The notes under the pieces: generated by a model
What the model saw: the letters and a program-made list of their open reading frames with translations, nothing else
Database searches by the model: none
What the model was told of the DNA's origin: nothing
Position numbers and translations under genes: made by a program
Source: Candidatus Caldarchaeales archaeon
GTDB taxonomy: Archaea; Thermoproteota; Nitrososphaeria_A; Caldarchaeales; Calditenuaceae
Direction: 5' to 3'
DNA length: 64,000 bases
Assembly (NCBI GenBank): GCA_039630085.1
Contig: JBCNVM010000006.1
Span: forward strand, 17,967 to 81,966
Part shown: positions 39,449 to 50,793 of the stretch, in pieces
Layout of the letters: every line of letters begins with the position of its first letter
How positions within the stretch are numbered: the first letter of the stretch is position 1

Positions 39449-40456
39449 TCACCCGACGAACCTGAGCGACTCGACGCCGACGCCCTCGTAGGACCCGAGC
39501 AACAGCTGGTAGGCGGTCCCCCCCTCGGACCGGACCTCCTCGAGCTTCGCCCTCACCACGATCCTGTCGCCGGGCCTCAGCACACCTGCCAGCCTCGCGA
39601 GGTACGTGACCAGCCTCTCGACCCCGAAGACCCGCTCCTCGACCCGATAGACCGCGGGCGTGAAGAGCGACTCCGAGTCGTCCACGACCTCGACGACCGT
39701 CTCGACGATCCCCTTCGACGTGTACTGGACCTCGCCGTAGGCGTGCGGAGGCCTCTCCCTCACCCCGAAGACGGAGAACTTGGTCCCCGAGAACTCTCCC
39801 TTGTGGACGACCCTCGACGCGAGGAGCTCCGCGTGCTCCCTGGGGACTCTCAGCTGCGACCTCAGGTGCGAGGCCCACTCCGGGCCGACCCCGAGCCTCA
39901 GCCTCTCGTCCCCTGACTCTGCCAGCGCGTTCAGGACCCTCTCCGAGTTGGACTCTCCGTGCACGATGAGGTCCACGTCGGAGCCCTGGTGCGCTATCCC
40001 TAACAGGATCGAACCGGTCACGCCGAAGCCCTCCTCCGGTACGCCCGAGGCCTCCGAGAGCCAGCCGATCAGCTCGACCGCCCTCCTCTCCAGCGAGTTC
40101 TCCGGCAGCGACTCCCGCGACCTCAGCAGCTCGAGGGCCCTCTCCTTGGTCCTGAAGACCCTCGTCACCTCCGCGAGCGGCGGCGCGATGACCTCGCTCC
40201 CCACGGAAAGGTCCAGATGCACGTAGTCGGGCCTCACCGACCTCACGAAGTCGATCGTCCTCAGGAGCTCCCTCACCGAGTATTCGACCAACAGCCTCGT
40301 GTAGGTCCTGCCGTCCGCCGAACGCCAGGGCCCGGGGCCCGGGACGTACTTCAGGACGGCCCAGACTCTGTCCCTCGGGTGGACGTCACCCAGCACCGAG
40401 AAAATCCAGCCCTCGGACGTGACGAAGCAGTCCTTGTCCCTGAGAGGCCGCTCCAA
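39449..40456 (-). CDS. predicted nucleotidyltransferase (COG1665-like)
   Basis: LRDKD, G.VHP, GVTGSILLG....SDVDL. Confidence 0.75.
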   Translation of the reverse strand: MERPLRDKDCFVTSEGWIFSVLGDVHPRDRVWAVLKYVPGPGPWRSADGRTYTRLLVEYSVRELLRTIDFVRSVRPDYVHLDLSVGSEVIAPPLAEVTRVFRTKERALELLRSRESLPENSLERRAVELIGWLSEASGVPEEGFGVTGSILLGIAHQGSDVDLIVHGESNSERVLNALAESGDERLRLGVGPEWASHLRSQLRVPREHAELLASRVVHKGEFSGTKFSVFGVRERPPHAYGEVQYTSKGIVETVVEVVDDSESLFTPAVYRVEERVFGVERLVTYLARLAGVLRPGDRIVVRAKLEEVRSEGGTAYQLLLGSYEGVGVESLRFVG

Positions 40457-40481
40457 CCCGTGCCGTTCCGACCTCGGGCCG

Positions 40482-42044
40482 CTATTTCCTGTTAGCCTGC
40501 AACGCGTACCTGTAGCCGTCGGAGATGGCAGCGAGGCTCGCCTCGATCACGTTCCTCGAGACCGAGGTCGTCCTCCACGCCGCGCCGTTCCCCGAGAACT
40601 CGACGAGGACCCGCACCGCGGCCGCCGTGCCCTCGAAGCCGTCGACCACGCTGACCTTGTAGTCCGTCAGCCTCACCCCCTCGAGCTCCGGGAAGCAGGA
40701 GAGGAGCGCGCCCCTGATCGCACCGTCCAGCGCGTGGACCGGCCCAACGCCATCGCTCGACGCCCTGTGGACGCGGCCGTCGACCTCGATCGCGACCGAA
40801 GACTTTGCGGACTGACGGTCCGGGCCCATGACCTCCACCGACCACTCGACGACCCTGAAGACCTCCTCGAGCTGGCCCGCGGCGCGGAGGAGGAGCAGCT
40901 CCACTGTGGCCTCAGCGCTTTCAAGGTGGTAGCCCTGCGACTCGAGCCTCTTCACCTCCTCAAGGGCCCTCGTGACCTGTTCCTCGGTGAGCCGTATCCT
41001 GGCCCTCGAGGCCACGTACCTGACGGTCGACCTGCCCGAGAGCTCCGACACCGAGAAGCCCCTCTCGTTCCCGACCGCGGAAGGGTCCAAGTGCTCGTAG
41101 GCCCTTGTGACCTTCAGGACCGCGTCGACGTGCACGCCGGCCTTGTGGGCGAAGGCGTTCCTCCCGACGTAGGGGTGATTGTCCGCGATCCTGTAGTTCA
41201 GGAGGTCCGCGACCGACCTAGAGACCCGTGTCAGACGCCTCAGCGAGTCAGTTCTTCCCTGCAGGACCGAGAAGCCCATCTTGTACGCGAGGTTCGGGAG
41301 CACCTGACAGAGGTCCGCGTTCCCGCACCTCTCTCCGATCCCCAGAAGCGTCCCCTGGACGTGTCTCGCGCCGCTCCTCACCGCGGCGAGCGTGTTGGCG
41401 ACCGCGCAACCCGCGTCGTTGTGGGTGTGTATCCCAAGGTGGGCGTCCGGGAACCGCTCCCTGACTTCCTCGACCACGCTCTCGACCTCCCATGGCATCG
41501 AGCCGCCGTTGGTGTCGCAGAGGGTCAGCGTCCTCGCGCCGGCGTCGGCCGCGGCCCTCAGCACCGAGACCGCGTACTCCGGCGATTCCTTCCACCCGTC
41601 GAAGAAGTGCTCGGCGTCGAAGACCACCTCCATCCCGTGTTCCCTGAGGTACTCGACGGTCTCGGAGACCATCTCGAGGTTCTCCTCGGGAGCGCACCTC
41701 AGGACCTCGGTCACATGGAGCGTCCAGGACTTCCCGAAGACGACCGCGACCGGCGCCTCCGACTCGACGATCGCGTTCAGGGACTTGTCCTCATCGGCCC
41801 TAATTCCTTTCCTCCTCGTCGACCCGAAGGCCGCGATCCTGCTGTTCGCTAGGGAGACGCGCCTCAGGGCCCTGAAGAGCTCGCTGTCCTTGGGGTTCGA
41901 GCCCGGCCATCCCGACTCTATGATGTCGACGCCGAGCTCGTCGAGCCTCTCGATCACCCTGAGCTTCTCCCGCAGCGAGAAGGTTATCCCTCTGGTCTGC
42001 GCGCCGTCCCGAAGGGTGGTGTCAAGGGTCTCGACGTAATCGAT
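40482..42044 (-). CDS. cimA: citramalate synthase (bacterial-type CimA); probable ATC start
   Basis: The frame extends past 41957 to include ETLDTTLRDGAQ; GWPGSNPKD, FGKSW, DAEHFFDG, CDTNGG, HTHND, GERCGN, AHKAG. Confidence 0.88.
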   Translation of the reverse strand: MDYVETLDTTLRDGAQTRGITFSLREKLRVIERLDELGVDIIESGWPGSNPKDSELFRALRRVSLANSRIAAFGSTRRKGIRADEDKSLNAIVESEAPVAVVFGKSWTLHVTEVLRCAPEENLEMVSETVEYLREHGMEVVFDAEHFFDGWKESPEYAVSVLRAAADAGARTLTLCDTNGGSMPWEVESVVEEVRERFPDAHLGIHTHNDAGCAVANTLAAVRSGARHVQGTLLGIGERCGNADLCQVLPNLAYKMGFSVLQGRTDSLRRLTRVSRSVADLLNYRIADNHPYVGRNAFAHKAGVHVDAVLKVTRAYEHLDPSAVGNERGFSVSELSGRSTVRYVASRARIRLTEEQVTRALEEVKRLESQGYHLESAEATVELLLLRAAGQLEEVFRVVEWSVEVMGPDRQSAKSSVAIEVDGRVHRASSDGVGPVHALDGAIRGALLSCFPELEGVRLTDYKVSVVDGFEGTAAAVRVLVEFSGNGAAWRTTSVSRNVIEASLAAISDGYRYALQANRK

Positions 42045-42154
42045 CCGACCACCCCGCGCACCGCGGCGGAGCGCGCCACGATATCAACGTATCCTCCGCG
42101 CCGACGCCAGCCGATTGCGGAGTGTAGGTAAATTATCCCGGAGGTCGGGCGAGT

Positions 42155-44884
42155 GTGGGGTTGTCCGGGACCGAGGCGGAGTTCCACGCGCTTGAGGCAG
42201 AGGAGGCGGCCGGGCGGCTCGGGGTCGACCCTGCCAGAGGCCTGAGTCGGGGGGAGGTCGAGGAGAGGCTGAGGAGGTTCGGCCCGAACGTGATCGTGGA
42301 GGCCAAGAGGCCGAGCCCGGTCGTGCTCTTCCTCAGGCAGTTCGCGAACCTGCTGATCCTGATACTGCTGGCCGCGACCGCGATCACCGCCTTCCTCGGC
42401 GAGGTGATAGAGGCGGTCGTGATCGGCGTCATCGTCCTCTTCATCGGCGTCGTGGGGTTCATTCAGGAGTATAGGGCCGAGAGGGCCCTCGAGAAGCTGA
42501 AGGAGCTGACCGCCCCCACCTGCAGGGTTCTGAGGGACGGCGACGTGGCCACGGTGCCCGCGCATCAGGTCGTCCCCGGCGACGTCCTAGTCCTAGGCGA
42601 GGGAGACATCGTTGCCGCTGACGGAAGGTTGGTCGAGTCCCACGGCCTCAAGGTCGACGAGTCCGCCCTCACCGGGGAATCGGTCCCAGTGGAGAAGGTG
42701 ACGAGGGCCCTTCCGAGGGACGTCCCCCTCGGAGACAGGGTCAACTCCGTCTATGCGGGGACGCTCGTCGTCTCGGGGCGAGGCAAGGCGGTGGTCACGG
42801 CGACCGGCAAGTCGACCGAGTTCGGGAAGGTGGCCGCCTACACGCTCGCGGTGGAGGAGGAGAGGACGCCCCTCGAGGCTAGGATGAACGAGCTGGGGAG
42901 GAAGTTCGGCCTGCTGGCGCTGGTCATCGTCGCGGTGCTCTTCGTCCTTGAGCTCGCCGAGTCCCTTCTCTTCGGCGGCATAACCCTCGAGTTCCTGATC
43001 GAGGTCTTCCTCTTCAGCGTCGCCCTCGCCGTCGCCGCGGTCCCCGAGGCCCTCCCGGCCGTCGTCACCGCGTCCCTCGCGATCGGGGCCTGGACGCTCG
43101 CGAAGCACGGGGCGCTGGTGAAGAAGCTCGCGGCGGTCGAGAGCCTCGGGTCCACCCAGGTGATGTGCTTCGACAAGACCGGGACCCTCACAAAGGGCGA
43201 GCAGACCGTCAGGGCCGTCTGCGTCGACGGCAGGCTCCTCCCCGTCACCGGGACCGGGTTCAACGTCGAGGGCTCGATCGAGGGCGCCGACAGGAACTCG
43301 AGGGCCTTCGAGGAGCTCCTGAGGGCCTCGGTCCTCTGCAACGACGCCTCCGTGACCAACGCCGACGGCAGGTGGAGGCACTCCGGCGACCCCACGGAGG
43401 TGGCCCTGCTCTTCATGGCCCTGAAGGCCGGCGTCGACGTGGAGGCGCTGAGGAGGGCCCACCCCAGGGTCTCGGAGAACCCGTTCACCAGCGAGCGGAA
43501 GATGATGTCCACGGTCAACCTCGTCGACGGGAGAAGGGTCGCGTTCGTGAAGGGAGCGCCCGAGGTCGTGATCGAGAGGTGCGTCGCGGCCCTCACCCGC
43601 GACGGCGTCGTCCCTATGACGCCTCCGATGAGGTCCGAGCTGATCGAGGTCAACGAGCGGCTCGCGTCGGAGGGGATGAGGGTCCTCGCGTTCGGGTACA
43701 GGGACGCGGAGGGCGTCGAGGGCGAGGAGGCGGAGAGGGACCTCGTCTTTGTCGGGATGGTCGGGATGATAGACCCGCCGAGGCCCGAGGCGATCGAGGC
43801 GATAAGAGTTGCGAAGTCCGCGGGCGTGAAGCCCGTGATGATAACCGGCGACCACAGGCTCACCGCGATCGCGGTCGCGAGGGAGTGCGGCATAGAGACC
43901 GAGCACGTCCTGACAGGAAGGGAACTGGACTTGATGACGGCGGAGGAGCTCGCCGAACACATCGATAAGGTGACCGTCTACGCGAGGACCTCTCCGGTCC
44001 AGAAGCTGAAGATCGTCGAGGGGTGGAAGGTGAAGGACTCGGTCGTGGCGATGACGGGCGACGGCGTCAACGACGCCCCTGCCCTGAAGAGGGCCGACAT
44101 CGGGGTCGCTATGGGGATCAGGGGCACCGCGGTGGCGAAGGAGTCCTCGGACCTCATACTCACCGACGACAGCCTCGCGACGCTCGTGAAGGCCATAGAG
44201 CTCGGGAGGTGGATCATGGACAACATCAAGCGCTACCTCGCCTACCTCCTCCAGGCGAACCTCGTCGAGATCGTAGTCCTCTCCTTCACGACCCTCTTCC
44301 TCCTCAGGTACCTCGGGTTCTCCGGAGAGGAGGCCCTCGCCCTGCTCCCGGTCCACATACTCTACATCAACCTGGCCACGGACGGACTCCCGGCCCTCGC
44401 GCTCGGCCTCAGCCCTCCAGACCCGGACCTGATGGAGCGGCCTCCGCTGAAGAGGGGCGAGAGCGTCTTCACGAGGGAGGTCGTCGAGTTCCTGATCAGG
44501 GCGCTGATCGTGGAGCCCCCGGTCATGATTCTCGCCTTCTACTCGGCCCTCCCGAACGGGATCGACGCGGCTAGGACCAGGCTCTTCCTCCTCTTCGTCG
44601 CGATCGAGCTCGTCGTCGCCCTGAGCTGCAGGTCCCTCAGGCACCCGGTGGCGAAGGTGAGGCCCCACAGGTGGCTGGTGCTCGCGGTCCTCTGGGAGGC
44701 GGCCCTGATCAGCCTCCTGGTCTGGATCCCGTGGACAAGGGAGGCGCTGCACCTGACCGTGCCGACGCTCGAGGACCTGACGTGGATCCTCGCAGGAGGC
44801 GCTGCGACCTTCGCGTCGATAGAGCTGCTGAAGCTGGTGGTGATCTCGAGGCACTCGCGGGCCCCGCCGCTCAGAGCCTCTTGA
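42155..44884 (+). CDS. P-type IIA (Ca2+-like) cation-transporting ATPase
   Basis: TGES, PEALP, DKTGT, KGAPE, DPPR, TGDGVND. Confidence 0.93.
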   Translation: MGLSGTEAEFHALEAEEAAGRLGVDPARGLSRGEVEERLRRFGPNVIVEAKRPSPVVLFLRQFANLLILILLAATAITAFLGEVIEAVVIGVIVLFIGVVGFIQEYRAERALEKLKELTAPTCRVLRDGDVATVPAHQVVPGDVLVLGEGDIVAADGRLVESHGLKVDESALTGESVPVEKVTRALPRDVPLGDRVNSVYAGTLVVSGRGKAVVTATGKSTEFGKVAAYTLAVEEERTPLEARMNELGRKFGLLALVIVAVLFVLELAESLLFGGITLEFLIEVFLFSVALAVAAVPEALPAVVTASLAIGAWTLAKHGALVKKLAAVESLGSTQVMCFDKTGTLTKGEQTVRAVCVDGRLLPVTGTGFNVEGSIEGADRNSRAFEELLRASVLCNDASVTNADGRWRHSGDPTEVALLFMALKAGVDVEALRRAHPRVSENPFTSERKMMSTVNLVDGRRVAFVKGAPEVVIERCVAALTRDGVVPMTPPMRSELIEVNERLASEGMRVLAFGYRDAEGVEGEEAERDLVFVGMVGMIDPPRPEAIEAIRVAKSAGVKPVMITGDHRLTAIAVARECGIETEHVLTGRELDLMTAEELAEHIDKVTVYARTSPVQKLKIVEGWKVKDSVVAMTGDGVNDAPALKRADIGVAMGIRGTAVAKESSDLILTDDSLATLVKAIELGRWIMDNIKRYLAYLLQANLVEIVVLSFTTLFLLRYLGFSGEEALALLPVHILYINLATDGLPALALGLSPPDPDLMERPPLKRGESVFTREVVEFLIRALIVEPPVMILAFYSALPNGIDAARTRLFLLFVAIELVVALSCRSLRHPVAKVRPHRWLVLAVLWEAALISLLVWIPWTREALHLTVPTLEDLTWILAGGAATFASIELLKLVVISRHSRAPPLRAS

Positions 44885-45572
44885 CGTCCCCCCTCCCCGA
44901 GGTCAGCCTCATCACCCTGTCCGTGACCTCGCCGAGCATCCCGCCGGGCAGCTCGACCTGACAGACCCAGGAGCCGTCGCCCTTCCACTCCTCCCTCACT
45001 ATCCTGCCCACGCCACGGAGGTATCCGCTGACCCTCGGCTGGGTGTCGCCGGGCGACCTGACCTCGACAGTTATCTGGACGACCTTGATCGGGAGGACGG
45101 TCCTCAGCCTCTCTATCACCTTCCCGACCTGCTCGGAGGCCTCCGCGAACGGATCTATCTGGACCCCGACCTCCTTCATCGCGAGCTCGATCCTCTGGGG
45201 CGGTATCGGAGCGTTGGTCCTCGGGTCGATCGCGTTCCTCGCGATCAGGTCGATCACCTTCCTCCTCTTCTCCTCGATCAGGGCCCGCCTCTGCTCTGCG
45301 GTGAGCTGGACCTCGCCCTCCTTAACGATGGTCAGCGCGATCTGGTACGGGTCGGTGGTGCCGAAGGCCTTCCTCAGCTCCTCCTCCTTAGCCCTGATGC
45401 CCTTCTTAGCGTCCCTGTAGACCTCCGGGTAGACGAGGACCTTCTGCGACGGCTGGGCCTGCCCTAGCCTGATCTTCAGGGCGAGGTCCGGGTCCACCAG
45501 CACCTCGTAGGTCTCGCCCCGCTTCGTCATCCTGGCGATCGTGTAGTTCTGCGGCAACCCCCAGCACCTCAC
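44871..45572 (-). CDS. ribosome maturation protein SBDS/Sdo1
   Basis: [32 protein letters not shown]. Confidence 0.93.
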   Translation of the reverse strand: MRCWGLPQNYTIARMTKRGETYEVLVDPDLALKIRLGQAQPSQKVLVYPEVYRDAKKGIRAKEEELRKAFGTTDPYQIALTIVKEGEVQLTAEQRRALIEEKRRKVIDLIARNAIDPRTNAPIPPQRIELAMKEVGVQIDPFAEASEQVGKVIERLRTVLPIKVVQITVEVRSPGDTQPRVSGYLRGVGRIVREEWKGDGSWVCQVELPGGMLGEVTDRVMRLTSGRGDVKRL

Positions 45573-45600
45573 CGGACTCCCTCTCGGGAGGTTTTAGCAG

Positions 45601-46647
45601 TTAGCCCGTGGACTCCGGGGTCTTGGAGCGCCTCTTCCCGCCGCCTCGCCCGGCCTTCGCAGCGACCGCGAACCACAGTCCTCCTCCGGCGTGGAGGAAC
45701 CTCGCCTTACCGAAGCCGGAACGCGAGGTGAGCGACGAGAGCTCCCTCCTCGAGAGCATCGACCCTCCTTGAAGCGCGTAGTCGAGCGCGAGGAACCTCA
45801 GGAGCGCGTCGTGCCTCGGGTCGCCTGTCCTGTCGGAGAGCCCCTCGGCCACGACCAGTAGCCCACCGCGCCTCAGCGCCCTGCGGGCCGACCTCAGGAC
45901 TCCGGGCCTGTCGGAGGCCACGCAGAGGACCTCGCCGAGGTAGACCAGGTCGAACTCCTCCCCACCGTCCAGCGACTCGCCCGTTCCCTCGACGAACCTC
46001 ACGCGGCCCGAGAGTCCCGCCTCCTCCGCCCTCCTCCTCGCGACCGATATCGCGGCGCCGTCGGGGTCCACGCCTACCACGGAGGCCGCAGGATACCTCC
46101 GGCAGAGCTCGATGGCCCACCCGCCGGTCCCGCAGCCCAGGTCGAGGGCCCTCGCGCCCCCCTCGAGGACCGACCGGAGACCTCTAACCCTCGGGACGAC
46201 GAGCTCGAAAAAAGCCAGGTGGTCCCACCTCGTCGCCTCCGCGTACGCCTCGGTCAGATGCCTCGCCCCTCCGCCGCCGGCGCTCCCGAGCCCGAAGAGG
46301 GCGTCGAAGAGGTGGAAGTCGAGGCTCCTCAGCGCCAAGTAGGAGAGCGCCCCGCCGACGTGGCGGAGGTCCCGCTCATCGAGGAGGAGAGCCCTCGCCT
46401 CGTCCCGGAGCGCGAACCTCCCCCTCCTCTTCCTCAGCAGGCCCAGCTCGGCGGCCGCCTCGCACCAGAGCCCCACCGCCCTGCGGTCCAGTCCCGTGAG
46501 CCTCGCGACCTCGCCGGGCCCGGCGGCCCTCCCCAGCTCGTCGAGCGTCCTCAGCAGCCCGTACCTCCTGCCTAAGTGCGCGACCCAGACCGCCGCGAAC
46601 CCGGCCGCGCTCTCCCACGGGTCGAACAACTCCTTACCACCCGGCAA
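45601..46647 (-). CDS. SAM-dependent methyltransferase with N-terminal wHTH
   Basis: LDLGCGTG motif I, GVDPD, FDLV. Confidence 0.85.
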   Translation of the reverse strand: MPGGKELFDPWESAAGFAAVWVAHLGRRYGLLRTLDELGRAAGPGEVARLTGLDRRAVGLWCEAAAELGLLRKRRGRFALRDEARALLLDERDLRHVGGALSYLALRSLDFHLFDALFGLGSAGGGGARHLTEAYAEATRWDHLAFFELVVPRVRGLRSVLEGGARALDLGCGTGGWAIELCRRYPAASVVGVDPDGAAISVARRRAEEAGLSGRVRFVEGTGESLDGGEEFDLVYLGEVLCVASDRPGVLRSARRALRRGGLLVVAEGLSDRTGDPRHDALLRFLALDYALQGGSMLSRRELSSLTSRSGFGKARFLHAGGGLWFAVAAKAGRGGGKRRSKTPESTG

Positions 46648-46756
46648 CCCCCGAGGGGCTCGAGATTAACCGCTGGCCGCGTCTCACTGCGGTCGGGGTG
46701 TCTCGTTTACTAGGCAGCTCCAAGGGGCTCTGCGGGGAGTGAGCGGACTCCAGAGG

Positions 46757-48532
46757 ATGAGGGTCGCGGTACTGGAGCTGGAGAGGTGCCAGCCCGAGAA
46801 GTGCGGGACGCCCTGCATCACCTTCTGTCCTCCCGTGAGGAACGGCATAGAGGCGATCAGGCTGGCGCCGAACGGCTTCCCCGAGGTCAACGAGGAGCTC
46901 TGCATCGGGTGCGGGATCTGCGTCGCGAAGTGTCCGTTCGAGGTCATCACGATCGTGAACCTCCCCACCGAGCTCGGAGAGGACCTCGTCCACCAGTACG
47001 GTCTGAACGCCTTCAGGCTCTACAGGCTCCCCCACGTTGAGCAGGGGAAGGTCGTCGGGGTCCTCGGGAGGAACGGCATCGGCAAGTCGACCGCCTTCAA
47101 GGTCCTCTCGGGCCAGCTGGTACCAAACCTCGGGAGGCTCGAGGGGAAGGCGAGGTGGGAGGACGTCCAGCTGAAGTTCAGGGGGACGGTCCTCCAGGAC
47201 TACTTCAGGCGGGTCGCCTCCGGCCAAGTCAGGGTCGTCCTGAAGCCCCAGCAGATCGAGCAGATCTCGAGGGCCGTCAAGGGGACCGTCAGAGAGCTCC
47301 TGAGGAGGGCCGCGGGCGGGGAGGGATACGAAGAGGTCGTGAAGGAGCTCGAGCTGGACCGGATCCTCGACAGGGACGTCTCGGTCCTCAGTGGCGGAGA
47401 GTTGCAGAGGCTCGCGATAGCAGCGGCGATCCTAAGGGGAGGAGACGTGATGCTCCTCGACGAGCCGACGAGCTTCCTCGACATACGGCAGAGGTTCAGG
47501 GTTGCCAGTATCATCAGGGAGCTGGCCTCGAGGGGCAAGGGAGTTCTTGTCGCGGACCACGACCTCGCCTTCATGGACTACGTCTCGGACGTCGTCTTCG
47601 TCCTCTACGGCGACCCCTCGGTCTACGGGATCGTCTCGGGGCCCTACGGCTCTAGGGAGGGCATCAACGACTACCTCGAGGGCTACCTGCCGCTCGACAA
47701 CGTGAGGTTCAGGAGCTACAGGATCGCGTTCCAGGTCAAGGGCCCGGAGGAGCAGCGCGAGGAGTCAGGATGGGGCCTCTACTGGCCCGAGATGACCAAG
47801 ACATTCGACGGCTTCAGGCTCAGGGTCCCCGAAGGGAGGATGGGCAAGGGCGAGGTCCTCGCGGTCGTGGGACCGAACGGCACCGGAAAGACGACCTTCG
47901 TGAGGCTGCTGGCCGGCCAGCTCGAGGACGACAACGGCCTGAGGCTCGACTACGCCTCCGTGAGCTACAAGCCCCAGCACCCGGTTCAGAGGCCGGAGAC
48001 GGTCGAGGAGGTCCTTAAGGCCGCGGCCGGGGAGAGGTTCGAGGGCGAGTTCGTCCAGTCGGAGCTGATCAAGCCCCTAAGGATCGACAGGCTGATGGAG
48101 AGGAGGCTCGACGAGCTCAGCGGCGGTGAGCTCCAGAAGGTCTCGATAGTCGAGGCCCTCTCGAGGGACGCGAAGATATACCTGCTCGACGAGCCCAGCG
48201 CCTTCCTCGACGTCGAGGAGAGGTACAACGTCGCGAAGACCGTCAGGAGAATCGCGGCGGACCTAGGCGCCCACGTCGTCTTGGTCGAGCACGACCTGAT
48301 GATCGTCGACTTCGCGGCGACGAAGGTGATGGTCTTCACCGGTGAGCCCGGAGTTAGAGGAGAGGCGCTGCCGCCCTCAGACCTGAGGACGGGATTCAAC
48401 GCGTTGCTCAGAGAGCTCGGCGTGACCTTCAGGAGGGACCACGAGACGAAGCGGCCTCGGGTCAACAAGCCCGGGTCGAGGCTTGACAGGCTCCAGAGGG
48501 AGGTCGGCGAGTACTACTACCTCTCGTCTTGA
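46757..48532 (+). CDS. ABCE1/Rli ribosome recycling ATPase
   Basis: N-terminal 2x[4Fe-4S] Cys pattern, two Walker A and LSGGELQ motifs, C-terminal RPRVNK...GEYYY. Confidence 0.96.
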   Translation: MRVAVLELERCQPEKCGTPCITFCPPVRNGIEAIRLAPNGFPEVNEELCIGCGICVAKCPFEVITIVNLPTELGEDLVHQYGLNAFRLYRLPHVEQGKVVGVLGRNGIGKSTAFKVLSGQLVPNLGRLEGKARWEDVQLKFRGTVLQDYFRRVASGQVRVVLKPQQIEQISRAVKGTVRELLRRAAGGEGYEEVVKELELDRILDRDVSVLSGGELQRLAIAAAILRGGDVMLLDEPTSFLDIRQRFRVASIIRELASRGKGVLVADHDLAFMDYVSDVVFVLYGDPSVYGIVSGPYGSREGINDYLEGYLPLDNVRFRSYRIAFQVKGPEEQREESGWGLYWPEMTKTFDGFRLRVPEGRMGKGEVLAVVGPNGTGKTTFVRLLAGQLEDDNGLRLDYASVSYKPQHPVQRPETVEEVLKAAAGERFEGEFVQSELIKPLRIDRLMERRLDELSGGELQKVSIVEALSRDAKIYLLDEPSAFLDVEERYNVAKTVRRIAADLGAHVVLVEHDLMIVDFAATKVMVFTGEPGVRGEALPPSDLRTGFNALLRELGVTFRRDHETKRPRVNKPGSRLDRLQREVGEYYYLSS

Positions 48533-48611
48533 CCGCGACTCGTGCAGGTGGGCCTCGAGGAAACTCCTGTAGGGTCATGGGTCGCTTGCATCCGTGTTAC
48601 GTCGGAGTAGG

Positions 48612-49220
48612 CTATTTCTTCAAAACGATCTTCGCCCCGATTATGCTGTTGTTAGGAATGAGAACCCCGACACCCTCGTCCTTCACGACCACCGTGAAGA
48701 GGGCAGATATGTCATCGACTGTTCCCTCCTCGCCGGCGATCACAACCCTGTCGCCGATCTTGAAAGGCTTAGTTATCAGGATGAAGAGACCCGAAAGCGC
48801 CTGACCGAGAACCTGCTGGGATGCGAAGCCTATCACCAAACCTATGAAGCCACCCAAGGCAACACCCGCTGTCCCTCCGGCCACGCCTCCAGCGATAGAG
48901 GCGATTAGGGCACCCACCCCGATTATCTTGACCAAGTTCCTGACAGCTGAAGACGTTGGATGGTCGTATTTCAGGCGCATAGACCAATAGAAGAACTGTG
49001 CGACCGCCCCCACAATTATGTATCCGAGCCCAAGAGCTAGCAGTATCTGGACGTACCCGAGATAATTGCTGATGTTCAGTCCGAATCCGGGAGTGAACTC
49101 CGTGAAAAACCACTGAATGAACGCAGCCACAAAAACGTACAGAACCACGTAAACGACGATTCTAATGATGGCCGAAGAAGACTTCTTCGCGATCTCGACG
49201 CTGGAAAGCTCTTGGCTCAC
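48612..49220 (-). CDS. small MscS-family mechanosensitive channel
   Basis: GFASQ..L....G..I...KPFKIGD, IPN; lower GC than its neighbours; GTG start inferred. Confidence 0.82.
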   Translation of the reverse strand: MSQELSSVEIAKKSSSAIIRIVVYVVLYVFVAAFIQWFFTEFTPGFGLNISNYLGYVQILLALGLGYIIVGAVAQFFYWSMRLKYDHPTSSAVRNLVKIIGVGALIASIAGGVAGGTAGVALGGFIGLVIGFASQQVLGQALSGLFILITKPFKIGDRVVIAGEEGTVDDISALFTVVVKDEGVGVLIPNNSIIGAKIVLKK

Positions 49221-49274
49221 GGAGTTCCAGCAACCCAGCAAATTTTTAGTTTTAACGGTCTTTCTTTCCAAAAA

Positions 49275-49383
49275 TGCGGGGTGGGATTCGAACTCACGAG
49301 CCCGTACGGGAGCCAGTCCTAGGCCGGCCACGTACGGTGAATAAGCCCTCGGAACGTCGCTCTAGCCGCCTTGGAGGTCCGCC
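49275..49383 (-). pseudogene. degenerate tRNA-Leu(TAG)-like sequence
   Basis: Reverse strand reads gccgg-cc-TAG-ga-ctggc, variable arm, gtgagTTCGAATcccac-cccgca; T-stem mismatch and decayed 5' half. Confidence 0.62.
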
Positions 49384-49499
49384 ACCCAAGTCACTCGATG
49401 TTCATCTTCCAAGCCCGTCAGAGAAGAATCTGATTACCGACGCGTCAGCGGCCTACATCAGGCAGCCTCGAAGACGCTCGTATCTAAGCGTTACCATTT

Positions 49500-50259
49500 C
49501 CGTAACGGATGGTCGTCTGGGTCTCCCGGCAGGCTCGGCAGGCTATACGCGGCGCCATATCGTAGGTTCGGCTCCGAGGGCTTCACCTCCGGAGACGTTG
49601 CCGTGCTGCTGGGAAGTGATGGCGATACTAGGGTGGCGATGCTGAGACTGAGGAGGGCGGGGGGCTGCTTAAGTCCTCGAGAAGACGCCGCGTGGATGCG
49701 CTTATAGGATCGCCGACCCGGACGTCTACGTCCTGTGCGTTGCTGGTGCGCTGCAGAACCTCGGTAAGATACACCAGCAGCAGTACAGCCGGCTGATGGA
49801 GATCTACGGCGCGAAGGCGCTGCGGAGCATCGCGGGACTGCGGAGCCTCGCCGTCTTCGGCTCCGTGACAAGGGGAAAAGCTAGCGCGGACAGCGACGTG
49901 GACCTGCTGGCTGTTTTGGACGGGTTGAATCCCTAGAGATGGCGGTCGACGCGCTCGTGGACATCGAATACTCTCTGAGGATTGCCCGCGAGCTAGTATG
50001 GTTCAAGGAGAGAGGAATATCGACTCACCTTTCGTTCCACCCGCTTAGCGTCGAAGCCCCTCGAAGACATCCGCCGATACTGCTCGAGGTGGTAGAGGAG
50101 GGCATAACGGTCCTTGACGACGGAACCTTCGGCCGAGAGGCGAGGAGGGTGAAGGTGAGGATGAAGGAACGCGGATCGACCAGAATATGGTTGGCGGATA
50201 ACAAATGGGTATGGCTGCTAAAACCCGGCTCGAAGATCGGAGAAGTGATCGAGCTGTGA
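49500..50259 (+). pseudogene. frameshifted wHTH-nucleotidyltransferase (MNT) pseudogene
   Basis: Pieces in different frames: LGRLYAA...FTSGDV; FGSVTRG..SADSDVDLL then stop; C-terminal WVWLLKPG...EVIEL; similar to 50790-51542. Confidence 0.72.
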
Positions 50260-50352
50260 GGAACGTCACGCCGCGAAGTCGCTCCTGGACCGATCGGCTA
50301 GGAGACCGCGTGATGGTAACTGAACGAAGGGAGTCTTGCCTACTCGAAAGCC

Positions 50353-50793
50353 TCATGCTAGAATGTTTGTTCCCGTTTTTTCACGGAAAAGTTTGACAGC
50401 GTTCTCGAACACATGCTTCGCGCTTTTCAGGCTGTTGGATGCTTCAGCTTCGTCGAACAGCTCGCTGGGGCTCTTTCCAGCTGCTTCGATGCCGTACATG
50501 CTGGGAGCCCTTTTGATGGCGAGCTCTGCTGATATCCGGTCGAAGTCGGCGACGAGTGCTTGGAACCATGCTGGAAACCTTTCGCCGTGAAGCTTCAGAA
50601 CGTCTCCCACGTGATGAGTTTTCGGATACTCTATACCTACGAGTCTAAGACAGGCCTTCAGCGAGAGCTCCACCAGCTCCTGACAGTACCTCACAACCTC
50701 GGGGTAGTCTCCTCTGGCAAAGGCCGCTTCAGCGTCGATCAACCTCGCCCGGGCTCTCTTGATGTAGTCGGCGGCTAGCTTCTCCATCTTCAT
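50353..50793 (-). CDS. HEPN domain protein (MNT-HEPN toxin-antitoxin)
   Basis: QELVELSLKA, PKTH, RAPSMY; ATGA-coupled to the upstream MNT. Confidence 0.88.
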   Translation of the reverse strand: MKMEKLAADYIKRARARLIDAEAAFARGDYPEVVRYCQELVELSLKACLRLVGIEYPKTHHVGDVLKLHGERFPAWFQALVADFDRISAELAIKRAPSMYGIEAAGKSPSELFDEAEASNSLKSAKHVFENAVKLFREKTGTNILA

